From assembly GCF_009914755.1 (NCBI RefSeq), contig NC_060926.1: 64,000 bases of DNA. One strand, written 5' to 3'. Source of the DNA: the human T2T-CHM13v2.0 reference genome, Homo sapiens. Shown one piece after another: positions 15,618 through 29,751 of the stretch (positions are counted from its first letter, which is position 1; each line of letters starts with the position of its first letter). Position numbers and translations under genes: made by a program. Under the pieces are notes generated by a model. That model did not search any database and was not told the DNA's origin. It saw only the letters and a list, made by a program, of their open reading frames with translations.

Positions 15618-17095
15618 CATATTTCATTGTAAATCAGGAATAAAAATCCAAAAGAGGCTGATCATAAGAACAAAATCAGCTCAAAGTGACAAGCCTACAA
15701 ATATAAAACACCTTTCCAATGGAAGGAATCAGGTAAAACTCTTACCTAACAAGTGGTCTGCCAGAGCGTTAACAGGCGTGCATTTGTTATTCTTACAAAA
15801 AAGTATAATACTCTTGCGATCATCCAGAAGAGAAAACTCATTTGGGAACATTTATATCATCATCTTCCTTTAAATGCTTTTACAACAAAGAATGTACAGT
15901 AACTTTCTGAATAGAAAGATAAAGGGGGAAAAATGATGATACAGTACCTCCAACGGCAAGAAAGGGAAGACTGTTGGTTTCAGGAAAAAAGAAACTGAAG
16001 AAAATGCATTGCTGAAGGCCTTGTACTGCTGGAGGGGCATCTTAGTTTGAATTCACCATTCCCTAAACACTTCCCATACCATCCTATTTTTGGTTTCTTT
16101 TTATTCAAATTACTACATTTTTGGGGTTTTTCTTTTTATACCATGTTGTGCTTTCTACAGTCTTGAATTACACAAGATTCTCACAGTCCTGCATTAAGGC
16201 TGTCTTGGAAGACTACTGTCCACATTTATGACAAAAATACTACAACAAAATCCACAAAAACTGCCATTCATGCATGCCACATCTCAGATCCTGGTGGTTA
16301 CCCCCTTTGAATGCCAACGTGAAAATGAAACGAGCAATCCAGGGAGCTTGAATTTCAAGGCTATTTTTTAAAAGATGCCATCTGCTTTCCAAAAGCAACA
16401 CAGACACAGAAATAGTTCTCTCCTTGACTAGCTACATTCCAAAATATTAGGTCATGGTGAGTGCATCCCATTGCCAATGGCCCAGGTATCTACGTATTCT
16501 GGCCTTTCTCTCTTGGTTTCTGTGATACTAGTCAAGTTTTATTTCATCTAGAATTATTCACTATCCTCCCAGTAATTCCAAATCACCTTTAATTGCCATT
16601 TAAAAAAAGACCCTACATAAGTCTTCCATTCAAACAAACAAACAATAACTGACTTTTGAATCAAATTTCTTTTTAGCAATACCCAAGCTACTCTTTTCTT
16701 CATTGTGGAAACCTACAATGAATCTCAGGGTACTAATCCATCCTATGATAATCTTTGGGCCAATCACTTAGTAATCAGAGCTTCCAAACTCATTTGTATG
16801 ACCGTTGTATAGTAAATGAACTTCAAATCCAAATAAAATGAAAATCCCTATACACAACTCTGTAGTTCATGCCAAATGATGAAAAATGGATCATGGATAA
16901 ACTTCAGCAGAACACACTCCAAGAATCATTTCCACTCAGTCTGAAAGTAAGTTTTATTATTTCCCCCCATACTAGATTTCCTAAATAATATTTCCTTTTG
17001 CTTTTTCTGCACTGCTATGGTGTATGTTCCTTTAGAAACATCGAAGGATCACTAATGGAATGTGGCAAGAATCAGAGCTAAAAATACAGCTTTTT

Positions 17096-17385
17096 GGCCA
17101 GGAACAGTGGCTCATATCTGTAATCCCAGTAGTTTGGGAGGTCGAGGTGGGAGAATTGCTTGAGGTCGGAAGTTTGAGACCAGCCTGGACAACATGGCAA
17201 GACCCCTTCTCCAAAAAAATATAAAAAGTTAGCTGAACATGATGGTGCTCATCGTAGTCCAAGCTACATGGGAGGATAAGGCAGGAGGATCACTCAAGTC
17301 GAGGAGTGCGAGGCTGCAGGGAGCCATGATCACTTTACCACATTCCAGCCTGGGCAACATAACAAGACCCTGTTTCAAAAAAAGA
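17096..17385 (+). mobile_element. AluJ (diverged)
   Basis: Dimeric Alu with ggaggatcact...gaggctgcag..gagccatgatc. Confidence 0.9.
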
Positions 17386-17934
17386 AAATCTATTTACCTA
17401 CAGAGAGACTTTTAAAATTGTCATGAAAAGTATCTCAAAGCCTGACACATACATCATTAGTCTCAATGAAGACCAGAAAAAGGAGAGAGAATTAAAGAGG
17501 GTGACATTAGCATTCCTAGAAAAGGGAGTTAAAGCAGATCACAGTGAGGGTGCGCCACAGCATAACCTCTGTGAATCCTCGCGCAATTCACCTCTTGGGT
17601 TGCCGTCGTCAAGGTTTGATTGCTCATCTATATGCGAGCAGATCAGAAATGGACCAGCTGCCTAGCTTGCTGTTCTACAAGATGTACCATAAGACACTAA
17701 TCAACTACTCCTTAAAGACAACAGTGTACATGTATTTTTAAGCGGTGGTTATAGAAATGCTGTCGATAGTGTACTTAGAAGTCTATCGCACAAACTTTGT
17801 TTCTTGTTAATTTTCCTCAAAGGCAAGAAAATCTACTTATACTTCTATTTCACTCCTTTTGAATTATATATCCTTAGCTCTCGCAAGCTTACACTATAGC
17901 TTCACCAATTCCTATTCTTTTTATAAATATTACT

Positions 17935-18070
17935 CATTCATTCATTCATTCATTTGAGATGGGGTCTTGCTATGTTGCCCAGGTTGACTCAAACTCCTGG
18001 GCTCAACCAATCCTCTGATCTTAGCCTTACGAGTAGTTGGGGCTATAGGCATGTGCCACTATGCCCAGCT
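17935..18070 (-). mobile_element. FLAM/Alu monomer with (CATT)n tail
   Basis: gagatggggtcttgctatgttgcccagg...; TSD caccaattc(c/a)tattctttt. Confidence 0.85.
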
Positions 18071-18953
18071 CACCAATTCATATTCTTTTCTTAGAAAAAA
18101 TCTGCTTAGACTTACCTCCCTCGGGAAATACACAGTTGAGCTGAAATGGAAATTAGAGACAAGATAATGCCTTTAAATTTTTATTGACTAACAAGTAGCA
18201 AAAACTCTTACTGAATCACTATTTATTGTCATATAAGCTTCTTTGAAGGGTACTCTGTGCATCCTACTCCTGGACTGGTCCACATAAGGGCCAGGAAGAC
18301 TTTTTATCGGGGCCCTGTGGGGAATCGCCAACTTATCTGGGTTTCCTACAAAGTTGACTAATATTGCTCTCTGTGAGTTCTCTAAAACAACCCCATGAGC
18401 ACTAATGGACTTTCCTAGGCTCACAGGAGTAAAGTATCCATGGAGCTTTTCCACCTGCCTACTCAACAGCTGGCCTCACAGCTTTGGAGCAACGAGAAAA
18501 CTCCAGTTCCTACTTTGCAAAAATTGGGGAGGAACAGGAAAGGCTTTCCCACATTTCTCCTCTGCCACTTCCGTAAAAGAACTATGCAGGATGTCTTCAT
18601 CAGCTGAACATAACAGGAACCAAACAGAAGCCACTTTAAAAAGTAAATCTGTTGAAAACATGGACCTAATTTTTATTGTAAATGGATTTAACTGAAATTT
18701 TACACTAGGGAATAAAGCTGAAATATATGAAAAAACTATATTACCTTATGTTTAACAAAGCATGTTTTAATTGAATCTACTAGAAAATTCTTAAATGAAC
18801 AAAGTTTGATCAAGTGTTCATGTTTTTGGATTACTTTTCCTTCACGTTTCAACTTCGACTTCTTGTTTGGTCATCATGGAACAACCATAAAAAGAATCAT
18901 TTCTGTAGAAATATTCAAAGGTTTTATGAATTTTCCCAAGGCCCTCTCTTAAT

Positions 18954-18955
<2 letters not shown>

Positions 18956-19034
<79 letters not shown>
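18956..19034. repeat. (TA)20 followed by T39 (Alu tail)
   Basis: Read directly. Confidence 0.95.
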
Positions 19035-19035
<1 letters not shown>

Positions 19036-19315
19036 AGACAGGGTCTCACTCTGTTGCCCAAGCTGGAGTGCAGTGGCACGATCTCGGCTCACTGCAATCT
19101 CTGCCTCCAAGGTTCAAGCAATTCTTGTGCCTTAGCCTCCTGAGTAGCTAGGATTACAGGCGTGTGCCACCAACCTCAGCTAATTTTTGTATCTTTAGTA
19201 GAGACGGGGTTTTGCCATGTTGTCCAGGCTGGTCTTGAACTCCTGGCCTCAAGTGATCCACTTGCCTTTGCCTCCCAAAGTGCTGGGATGACAGCGTGAG
19301 CCACCACGCCCAGCC
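18996..19315 (-). mobile_element. Alu (AluS/Jb-like)
   Basis: gagacagggtctcactctgttgccc...gagccaccacgcccagcc. Confidence 0.93.
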
Positions 19316-21541
19316 AATCCTATACTATTTTTACCATGCATTTTAGAAGTACTAAAGTAGTCATTATCTTTGATTTGTTTCTTCAACAGTTGACTCATCT
19401 GCTAGATCTTTACTGGTCATTGACTGCTTGTGAAACCCAGCAATCCACCAGCATTACTTTCATTGACTTTATGAAATGCTGCATCTTTCACAAAAGGTGT
19501 ATTTCCACACTGAATAAAACTGGATGAAGGATCACTGGTATTAAGTATAAAGAGATAATAAGCAAGGGCAGAGTTTAGAAGTGCTTAGTTCATTAGTGAA
19601 TATTTTTGTGTCTTCTGCTTCCCTACTAAAACCTTATAATTGCAGGAACTCAAATAATGAAGATCACTCTCTTGCCACCATTCCATATGGTAGGATTCGG
19701 TTTCATCAACCCACTAGCATGCCTTCATGAAACCATAGAGCCAGCTGTCGAGAGCAGCTCAAAACAAGAATGATCACAGAATTAACACCTAAAAGCAAAT
19801 GGTATAATAAAAAACATCATTAAAAGTTTACTCAGCCAACATAATTTTCCAGGAAGTTAGTAAAATCAAGTTAAAAAAAAAAAAGGCAATGAAGGTCAAA
19901 GCAAACTCACATTTACCTGATTAGTGCCAAATGTTTCTACTACAGGTTTTGCATGTCACCAGAAAAAAGGCCTGATATGTAGGTGTTAGAGCAGAATAGT
20001 ATCTAGCCTACAGGAAGATTAAAGGATTAAAATGAACTAATACTCTACTTCCTAAAACATACAGACTTCTACACAGTGCCAGTCAAATGGCAGCCAAGTG
20101 TTATCAGCAAGGCTAAATTTGGATCACATAACCTAAAAACCACTTAAGATAAAAAGAGTGCTGAAATAAGCGCAAGCCATAATAAGGGCCAATGAGAGAA
20201 TGGGTCACGTCAGGTGACATGGTTTCCAAAATAAAAAAAGGCCAACTCAAAATACAAAAGAACTGGGATAAATTCTTGATAGCTGGAATGTTTGGTGGAG
20301 GCTTAAAATGAGCACCTTACACCCCACCCCCAACAAAAGGGCCCTTAGCCATTCTTTATAGAATTGAGATCCTGCTTTAAAGAAACCAGAGCACACATGT
20401 CTTGCAAGGAATGCATTAATGATCATAACCTGGGTGGCCAAGCATCCAGACAGGCCTGGAACTAGGACTGAACTCTGGTGGCAATACGCAAAGGGCCTGG
20501 TTTGACCAATGGGTATCTCAGAAGCTAGTGCAGCCTGCCGCTGTGGCAAGACTAAAAAAGAAACCTTTTGGAGCCACCCCTAAAATAAGCCTCGGTGATG
20601 CTGGTAATGAATGTATGAAAATCTAGGGTAGAGGTGGCTTTAGTTCATTATCTAAGAGGTCTCAGCTGATTGGCACTATCAAACTCAAAGGCATGAGGAG
20701 TAACACGTCACACAGAAGAAGTCCATGTCCCTCTAGAATAAAACTTAGTAACATGGTGAGTGGTCCAGGCACACACACTGACATTCCCAGGCTTTCATCA
20801 TACTTTGAATGAAATTCAAGCAACTTCCCATGGCCTATGAAGCCCTGTGAGACCCTAGCTTACTACCCCAATCACACCTTCTACCCCATCCCTGCTGCTC
20901 CAGATGCACCGGAACATAGGATCGTTCCCAGCATAGGATTCTGCATCTGCTGCTTCTACTGGGACACTCTTCACCAGCACACAGCCTCGCCCCATAAGTC
21001 TCTCCCTTACTTCACTCAGATGTTTGCTCAGTCACTGCCTCCTTTCTGGCTACCCTTATCAAAAATGGCCCACCCTACCCATTCTTCTCTATCCCTTTAC
21101 ACTATTTCATTGGTTATCATTTGTTTCTTCCCTTGGAATAATAAAAACTCCACGAACACAGAAACCTACTATCTGTCTGATTCACCACATAGTCTCTGTT
21201 TTCCAAAAATGTGTCTAGGCACATAGCAAATCTCAACAAGGAATGAGATTTGGAATAAATGAATGGACATATACTTGTTGCATTGATACAAATATATTTT
21301 ATAAAGTAATGAAATATTAAAATAATAAGCAAATAATCATCAATAAGACTAAAATAAACCAAACCAAAGCCAAAGGGCTAATCAAAAATTTGAATGTTTG
21401 TGTGCTAAATATTGTACCAACAGCAGCTTAGTAAACCACCCTGAACTCTCCTCTGTACCTGCTGACCTTAAAATTCATGTGAAACTAGGTTCTGGCTGTT
21501 ACTAAACCAATCTAAATGCCATCAAAAGTTCTCCAAAATCT

Positions 21542-21786
21542 TGTAGTGGCGCTATCTCGGCTCGCTGCAACCCCCACCTCCTGGGCTCAAGCAATTCTCC
21601 TGCCTCAGCCTCCGGAGTAGCTGGGACTATAGGCGCCCCCCACCACGCCCGGCTAATTTTTGTATTTTTAGTAGAAACAGGGTTTCACCATGTTGGTCAG
21701 GCTGGTCTCGAACTCCTGACCTCACGATCTGCCTGCCTCGGCCTCCCAAAGTGCTGGGATTACAGGCGTGAGCCACCGCACCCAGC
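21542..21786 (-). mobile_element. AluS lacking its 3' end and tail
   Basis: gtagtggcgctatctcggctc...gagccaccgcacccagc. Confidence 0.9.
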
Positions 21787-23767
21787 GAATCCTTCTTTAA
21801 AGTAACCAGAGCTCACTGAGGCAAGACAGATGGTGCCTTCAGTGACCCATTCTCTAACAACAATGTTGTAACACTTGTCTGCAAAATAGGAACTCATGTT
21901 CAATATGTTTTATGTAACTATATTCAATATATTGCAATATTGTTTATGCAACTGAAGAGACCATCAGAACCTAGAAACTAGTAATAGGATTCTCCCAACT
22001 CAATACTCCCACTATCACCGAATCACTCTGTGACCATATATTCTTAAAGCACGGAATACATGCCAAAGATGAAAATCCACTAAGCAGAGTCAAAAAAGAG
22101 TTATGAACAGATGATGAAACTGAAGACAACTAAGGCCATCAGCCTTGCCCTGCCAAAGATGGTCACTGGCAGTGCAGTACACATGGACACTGAACTCAGG
22201 ACAGTCCAGGTTCAAATAATCAGTGACCGGCAAGGAAACAGAAGCTGCTGCAAGACTGCCCGGAGTGTCTTCAGAAAGCAATTAGATCTATGGAAGACTA
22301 GACCAAGGCAATGCAGGCCTGCAGCACCCCAAGGAACCACAGAGCCATTTCGAGGCTGTCCTTCCAGCCAACCAGACATGGATGGAAGATCTAGACATGC
22401 AGATGTTGTTTTAGGTTTCCGACGCGTTTCATGGGAGGCTTAGAAACTTAACTTTCACTTGAAAAGCAACAACTTATCAACCCATCATTATAACCTCAAA
22501 GTTGTTTAACAAAGCTATTGTTTTAGTAGGAATGAGGCAGATAACAGGGAAGGACTACTCTTGTCGTTATCTCTAGAAAACTTTCTATTTATGACTCCAG
22601 AAAAACAGGTGCATATAAAAATTAGTCATAAGCCAATGGAATGGAGTCTTCCAACTTTTCTGAATTTATCGGTCCATTCACTGATCACAAGTATACATTC
22701 ATCTTAGTTGAGACATATCAGCCATTGATCGCCTTACTGCCATATAAAGTATGGCCGTTCAAGTCTTACAAAATGTAGCCTCCCAGTTTCACTGCTCTCC
22801 TGTCTGGTAAGCAGTGGAGGCACTAGGAAATCTACTCCTCTCCCAGAAAGGATATAGGAGGTTGAAAAAAAAAGAGCAGTAATAAAGTCCTAGCAGTCAT
22901 GAATGCATTTTGAAAACTTTATGACTAGGGTTGACTATGTCATAGATACAGGCAATTGATTACCAGTGTTCAGAAAGTATTTTCAAGCAGGGCTAATAAT
23001 CAAACACTCCACATATGAAAGAGAAAACTTCATTTAACAAGCTACCTTTTAAAGCCTTTAATTATTCTAATAAATTATGATTTTCCCCTCAAACATGTGT
23101 GAATTGCTGAATGGCATCTTGCCCAATAGAATTTTTCAAAAGAAACTTCAAAAACAATAAAACTAAATATGAGTGTGGTCTACTTAGCTTCTTTGATAAA
23201 TTTAGTATGATACATTGTTCATAAACTCCTCCACCCTGCCTAATTTTTCCTAAGAGTACTTACCACTATCTGAATTAACTTGATCTGTTTAGTGCCTATT
23301 TCTCCCTCTAGAACATAAGCTCAGAAGTGTGGAAACGAAGTCTTATTCCTAGCCCTATTCCCAGCAAATAGTAAAGCCAAAATAGTGAATGGCTTTACAA
23401 ATATTTGAGGATCAAATGAATGAACAATGACATCTATAACATACAGTCTTTGGACACATATATATGTGAATATGCAACATATATGTACAACATGTTGTAT
23501 ATAAAGATACAAAACAGACAAAGCATTTTACACATGTACAACCTGATGTAGTATAGCATGGGAGAAAACATTAACCTGGAGATAGAATATCAGGGTTTTT
23601 ATTTTTGTTTTTGTTTGCTAACTCTACCATGTAACAGCTGTATCATCTTAACCAAGTTACTTACACTGTATGGTCCTGAGTCTATTTGTCTGTAGAAAGA
23701 ACATTCTGAGCTTTATTATCTTTAGGGATACTTTTAACTCGAATATTTTTCTCAATAAACTGGACTC

Positions 23768-23875
23768 TTTGGAAGGCTGAGGTGGGAGGATCTCTTGAGC
23801 ACAAGAGTTTGGGGTAAGCTATGATGATGCCACAGCACTCCAGCCTGGGCATCAGAGTGAGACCCTCTCTCTTTA
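23768..23875 (+). mobile_element. Alu monomer fragment (FRAM/AluJ-like)
   Basis: ggctgaggtgggaggatctcttgag...cactccagcctgggc..cagagtgagacc. Confidence 0.75.
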
Positions 23876-26800
23876 AAGTTCATGTATATATATATAACTT
23901 TTGGAGCATGAGAACTAGCTAGATCCTGTCACTGTCAGTGACGGAAGAACGTTGGTAGTGTGGGCTGTGTTGTTTGTGATTTTAAAGGTTACCCTATTTT
24001 TATGGGAGGGAGTGGTATATGTAAATATGAGCACATTCTTGGTCCTGACTGTGTTTATCAAGGTCAGAAGGTGTTGGGGAAGGATGACGGTGATAGGGCA
24101 TGGCATGGCTGCTGAGGAGTTTATAGCTGGGTCCCCTTTCCTGTTCCCAAGCACATGGTATCAGCCGGCTGTCCGGTGGCTCAGTAGGCTCACTGTGTTC
24201 CAAAATTACTTCAGAGCATTCGGCTCCACCACTCAAGGAAAAGCAAAATAGAAAATGAGGAGAGGAACAAAGGAGTAGGTTGGAGGAAGGGTGAAATTCA
24301 TAGGACAGTTTTACAGAGAGCCATGAACCACAGTTAGTTACTGATTTATAATTACCCAGAGGCCAGGAGTTAGAATTTTAGTAGTTTCGTTATTTTGCTT
24401 TCCTTACAGCATGGATTATGTAAATTGTTGTATATATGTCTCTTGAATATATATAATACATATTTAAACATACATATAATATACTTAAACATCTATATAT
24501 ATGTTTATATACATATATAAATCCATCTCTTTAAGATGCTCATGCCTTCTGCCTGGCACAGCACACAGCACTGGATCTCTCTGTCAAAGAGTGCTGAGAC
24601 TCAAGAGTAGAGTCAAGAATTCTACAGAAGAAAACATTCAGCACTCCCCAGTCATACTTTTATTTTCAAGTTTTTATATATAATTAAATCCACAGGAACT
24701 ATAAAATGCATGTACCTAGCTCCTTTTAAAGTTTAATAAATATATTTCAGCCATTAATCCTGATTTATACTTACAGCTTGTAACATAATTTAGCCCACAT
24801 GTAGAACTTTGCTTTTTCTATGCCAAGCTAATAAATGCAACCCAGTTTCCTAGAATTTAACAGTACACCATACTCATACTTCATAAAATAAATATCTGAA
24901 CAAGAGACTCAACACTGTTGTATCTTTTCAGGCACTCAATCTTGATATACTCTTACAGCCAAGAAATCTAGGAAGCTGGCTGAGTTCAAAAAATATTTTT
25001 AATAAGGAAGGAACAAAAACCAAAAGCACCCCTATGTTCTAAGGGTGAAAGGGGCGTTGGTGGGATATAACTCAAACCATGACAAACTCTGTGTATGAGA
25101 GGCAATTCACAGCTTACAATTTTACTTTCATATGTTATTTCATTTGATCCACAAAACAACATTATAAGACAGACTGGGGCAATATTACTATCTCCAATTT
25201 TGTGAACCAGAAAATCAGGTCAAGGAATGACAGTTCCCAGGAGGTGGCAGAATCGGGAATAAAATTCACATCTCCTCTTTTCTTGTCCATGATGGTTCTA
25301 TACTTTCATTTGATCTTTCACTTATAATAGTCAACCTAGTCTTGCACTAAAACAAATACAGAATCAATACTATCCACACACAATAGATATAGCTAATGAA
25401 TGAGTGAACAGTAGCGTATAATTTGTCTCTTAGCCAAGCAAATACTATGAGTGGCAGGAAATGACAGGACCTTATCAAGACAGGAAAAATGATGCTGGTA
25501 AATTCTTTCTCTTCCCCCTACATGGACAGTAAAAAAAAAAAAAAAAAAATTCTAAGTCCTCTTATAGAAGATGATTACAAGAAAATAAATCTTGGGATCA
25601 GGAAAGCAGAACTGAAACCTAAAGCTTATCATGCTGATAAGGATATTTACACAGGAAGCAGTAAGTTACCACTGCTTCCTGTTTTAAGTATCTTATCTGT
25701 AAGACACTAAATTTTTTTTCACCACAGAACCTCACATTTAGGACACTTCCCAAAATAGCATCTTCTGATCTTCAGCTGTCAGCTGAAGTTGTTTCATAAA
25801 TAGCCCAGCATATGTACTCCAGAGAACTGGTCACACTCTAAATGCAAATATAGTCCAGTAATACCAATTCCTTTTAGGCTTTGGTGACAGCATGAAACAA
25901 GCAAAATCAAACAGCCACAGAACTTCTAAAGAGAATACCGTAGAGGTCTGTAGCTAATGACCTATGTAACTCTAGCTGGACTATTTCTGGAAACTTTGAA
26001 ACAAAGGCCATTGGCAGATATATATTCCTGTTTTTTAGTATCAGTTTATAAAGGAACATAAGGTTTGTTTCAGGTTAGTTAATATTTAAACAATTAAAAA
26101 CAACTTTTTTGCAAAGATTCATTTTGGTGAATAGGATGTATATATAGAAACAGCTGGGTTCTCTGTTTGAAACAACTCTTCTGGGGCCCTTCACAGTCAA
26201 CAAGTACAGACAGCCAAACTGATTATAAGGGAAGGTGTTTGAAATATTACACATGAAACTCTAAATATATGGAGAAAACACATACATACACACTGGTATA
26301 AAAGAAGCCTCACTGTAATCTGTATGATCTAGCATGTCAGGAATTCTACTGCAAGAATTATACAACAAGCTGAGACAATTTCGGTGAGAGAGAAAGAAAA
26401 ATCAATGTCTGTGTTTTTAAAAGAAAAAAAAGAAAAGATTGTGTAGAATGGGACTGTATAACTTGTTAGCTTGCAAGTTAAAAAAAAAAAAGAATGGGAC
26501 TGTAGAGCATACCTGGGATTTTATTTTCTTTTGCATCTCGGTCCTTAAACAAAACATGTGTGCTTTTGTGAACTCCTTCCTACACCATCGCCTGCCCCTT
26601 TACCCAGCAGCCCCTCCCCATCACATCTCCCCCAGGAAGGCGAAGAAGGGGTTTTGCCTTGGTTAACTGTAACCACTCCAGGAGAGTAGTCTTAAGGCTG
26701 ATTCCATGCTGTACCTAGTAAAGGTTCAAAAGTACTTGTTGAGTGTTGAAAGACTGTATAAATATGATCCTCAAGCCCTTTTAGCTAATTGGATAGTAGC

Positions 26801-28529
26801 TGCCCTTTTTCACATAAAGGTGATAGACAGTGAGGCATGGCAGAATGGCCCTCCTTATGATCCCAGAGATAATTCCCTGTAGTCCAACAGAGAAAGCCCT
26901 GTTCCTACACTACAGACCAGGCAGTCCAGGCAGTTCCAGATTCCCACTGGACGTCCGGAAAGCACAACAGCCAAGCCTCAATGAACTTCATTAACTTGAT
27001 TCCCCGAGACTTGAGAGTCCGTTATAGTAAGAAAGAATAAAAATGTTGTAAATGTCTATACTGAATCAAAATCACAAAATACTTTTTTAAAAAGACTACT
27101 GGTAGATAGGTTCAAATAAATCTGTTTTTTAAAATGCAAATAACTGTCCTTCAAGGAAGAGGGCTTAAAAAGGCTCTGATGATCACAGTGGTTCCAAGGT
27201 GGTACATAACCTATAAAGTTCTGTCTCTGAAAAAGTAAAACACTAACATGGGGCAAATTAAAATGGAGAGAACATGGGGAAATCGGGAAGCAAATGTCCA
27301 ACTATGTCCAGTGTGGAGTTGGTTTGAAACACTGTACTACAGAATGTTGGACAATTTGGGGGAGGAAAATGATGTAAAAAAAACAAGCAAACAAAAAAAA
27401 TATTCAAGGTTTGGGAAAGAGCCACAAAATTAATTGAAGATTTTAAAAATAAGAATGATGAGTAAAACCTAAAAATGTTTAGTATTAAAGGAAAGCTGAG
27501 ACCTGACTTCACAAATGTCTTCAAACACATGTAGAGAAACATTTCATAACAGGTTGGTGGTCTAGGTAAATAAACTATGTTTCATCCATACAAGAGTATT
27601 AACCAGCAATAAAAAGAAATGAGCTATCAAGCCACAAAAGATGTGGATGAATCTTAACTGCATATTGCTAAGTAAACGAAGCCAGCCTGATAAGAATACA
27701 TACTATAATGATTCCAATTTTATGACATTCTGGAAAAGGCAAAACTGTAGAGACAATAAACAGATCAGAGATTGCCAGGGGTTGGGGAGAGAGAGGAAGG
27801 GTTGAATAAGTGAAGCACAGAGCATTTTTTAGGGCCTTGATACTATACTGCATGATACTGTAATGGTAAATACAAGTAATTAAGCATTTGTCAAAACCCA
27901 GAGAATTTATAGCACAAACAGTAAACTTTAATGTATGCAAATAAAAAAATACACCTAGGAAGTCACTGATCCCAGGATGGAATGCAGAATGTGACAAAAT
28001 AATCTAAATGTGTTATAAATTCATGAAAAGACTTCAGTAAAAGAGGTAGGAGAATAAGGTGCTGACCGAAGTAACTCTGGAAATGAGGGGAACCTATAAG
28101 ACTAAAGGCAAAAGAAACTTGACAGAAGCATTGTACTCTAGTTGATAAAGTTGTTTCCCATGGGGCTAGAGTTAACAATCCTGAACTGCTATGTATATGT
28201 ATGCAGTGAAATTGAACAAACAATTAAATGGATCAAGGATAGTAACAGCCGGACTTCACACTGTTGAGGTGGGAGGTGACAGATAAACAAGGAGGCGAGA
28301 ATGGTCCATGTGGAAATGGATTGGAGTTAGAGACAGCAATGTGAACTCATGCTTGGCTTAGTACAGATACAGATGGTTACATATAGAAATATTTATAGAT
28401 ATGTGTATACGTATGGGTTAGTACACACATACATTTCCATGCTCTGTCAGCTGAGAAGGCAAAGAAGAAATGACATCTCAGTAGCAACAAACACTGCTAG
28501 TTCCCAGATCTTAGTTTCCAATATAATTG

Positions 28530-28869
28530 TCCATCAGGTATCTGTGGGGGATTGGTTTCAGGATTCCTGTGCCTACCAAAATCCATGGATGCTCAAGTCC
28601 TTTGTATAAAATGGTGTAGTGTTTGCATATAACCTATGCACATCCTCCGGTATACTGTAAATCATCTTTAGATTACTTATGATACATAATACAATGTAGT
28701 TGCTATGTATAAGTGTTATACCGTATTGTTTAGGGAATAATGACAAGGAAAAAGTCTGTATATGTTTAGTAAAGATGCAACTATCCTTTTTTTTTTCCTT
28801 GAATAGTTTTGATTTGTGCTTGGTGAAATCCATGAATGCAGAACCCAAGGTTACAGAGGGCAGACTGTA
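28530..28869. mobile_element. MER2 (TcMar-Tigger) nested in the L1M
   Basis: ggggattggtttcagga...ccaaaatccatggatgctcaagtc..tataaaatggtgtagtgtttgcatataacctatgcacatcc...gagggcagactgta. Confidence 0.85.
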
Positions 28870-29455
28870 CATTCTCCAATAAAAGGAAGCAGCTCCTTAG
28901 AGAAACTGATGATTTTAGAACTGGGGCAGGAAATAAACAAGGTGATCCTGTAGTATATTGGAGTGTCAAAAAGTAAGGGAATGCTCAAAAAAAATACAAA
29001 AGCAAGAACCCACAATGATGGGAGTATGTCAAAGGGACACAGGCGCCAACTGAAAGGGCTAAAGCTGGAACAATTTGAGCAACAAAATAAAGTGTTACTG
29101 GATTATGACCTGAAGTATAAAATAAGCAGCCATGAGTCCATACTAATATAAATAGAATTGACTAAGTAAATAAGAAGCAAATCTCCTGTGCAGAAGAATC
29201 GTGTGTGAGTGTGGGGTGGTTCGGGTGGGGGTGGGTAGATAACTGCCCAATCCTTAATTGTGGGTTGTGTATTGTGACTTTCTGCCAAAGAGCACAATAT
29301 GGAAAGGCGGGAAAAGGCTAAATTTATAGCAGAAAAACCTGACAAACACTCCTTCAGCCAAGTTATCAAGGTCAACATCGACCTTGAGAAATCCTGTTGA
29401 TAACAGGTACACTTGATAGGTGATGAAATGGCACCTATCAAGGTGATGAAATGGC

Positions 29456-29751
29456 ACTGTTACAAAGTGTAATCCTTGGTTGGGTGCTGTGGCTCATGCC
29501 TGCAATCCCAGCATTTTGGGAGGCCAAGGTGGGCAGATCACTTGAGGTCAGGAGTTCATGGCCAGTCTGGCCAACATGGTGAAACCCCGTCTCTACTAAA
29601 AATACAAAAATTAGCCTGGCATGGTGGCGCACACCCATAATCCCAACTACTCAGGTGCTGAGGTAGGAGAATCGCTGGAATCCAGGAGGCAGAGGCTGCA
29701 GTGAGCCAAGATCACATCACTGCACTCCAGCCTGGGCAACACAGTGAGACT
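29456..29751 (+). mobile_element. Duplicated AluS segment (copy of 35554-35849); no poly(A), no TSD
   Basis: 296-bp ungapped match to 35554-35849 including the non-Alu 5' flank; 10 mismatches by manual count. Confidence 0.92.

Noticed and set aside
23915-24251. Hydrophobic 99-aa ORF with locally G/T-rich composition
   Set aside because: Non-AUG start; hydrophobicity follows from base skew; probably a decayed repeat I cannot identify.
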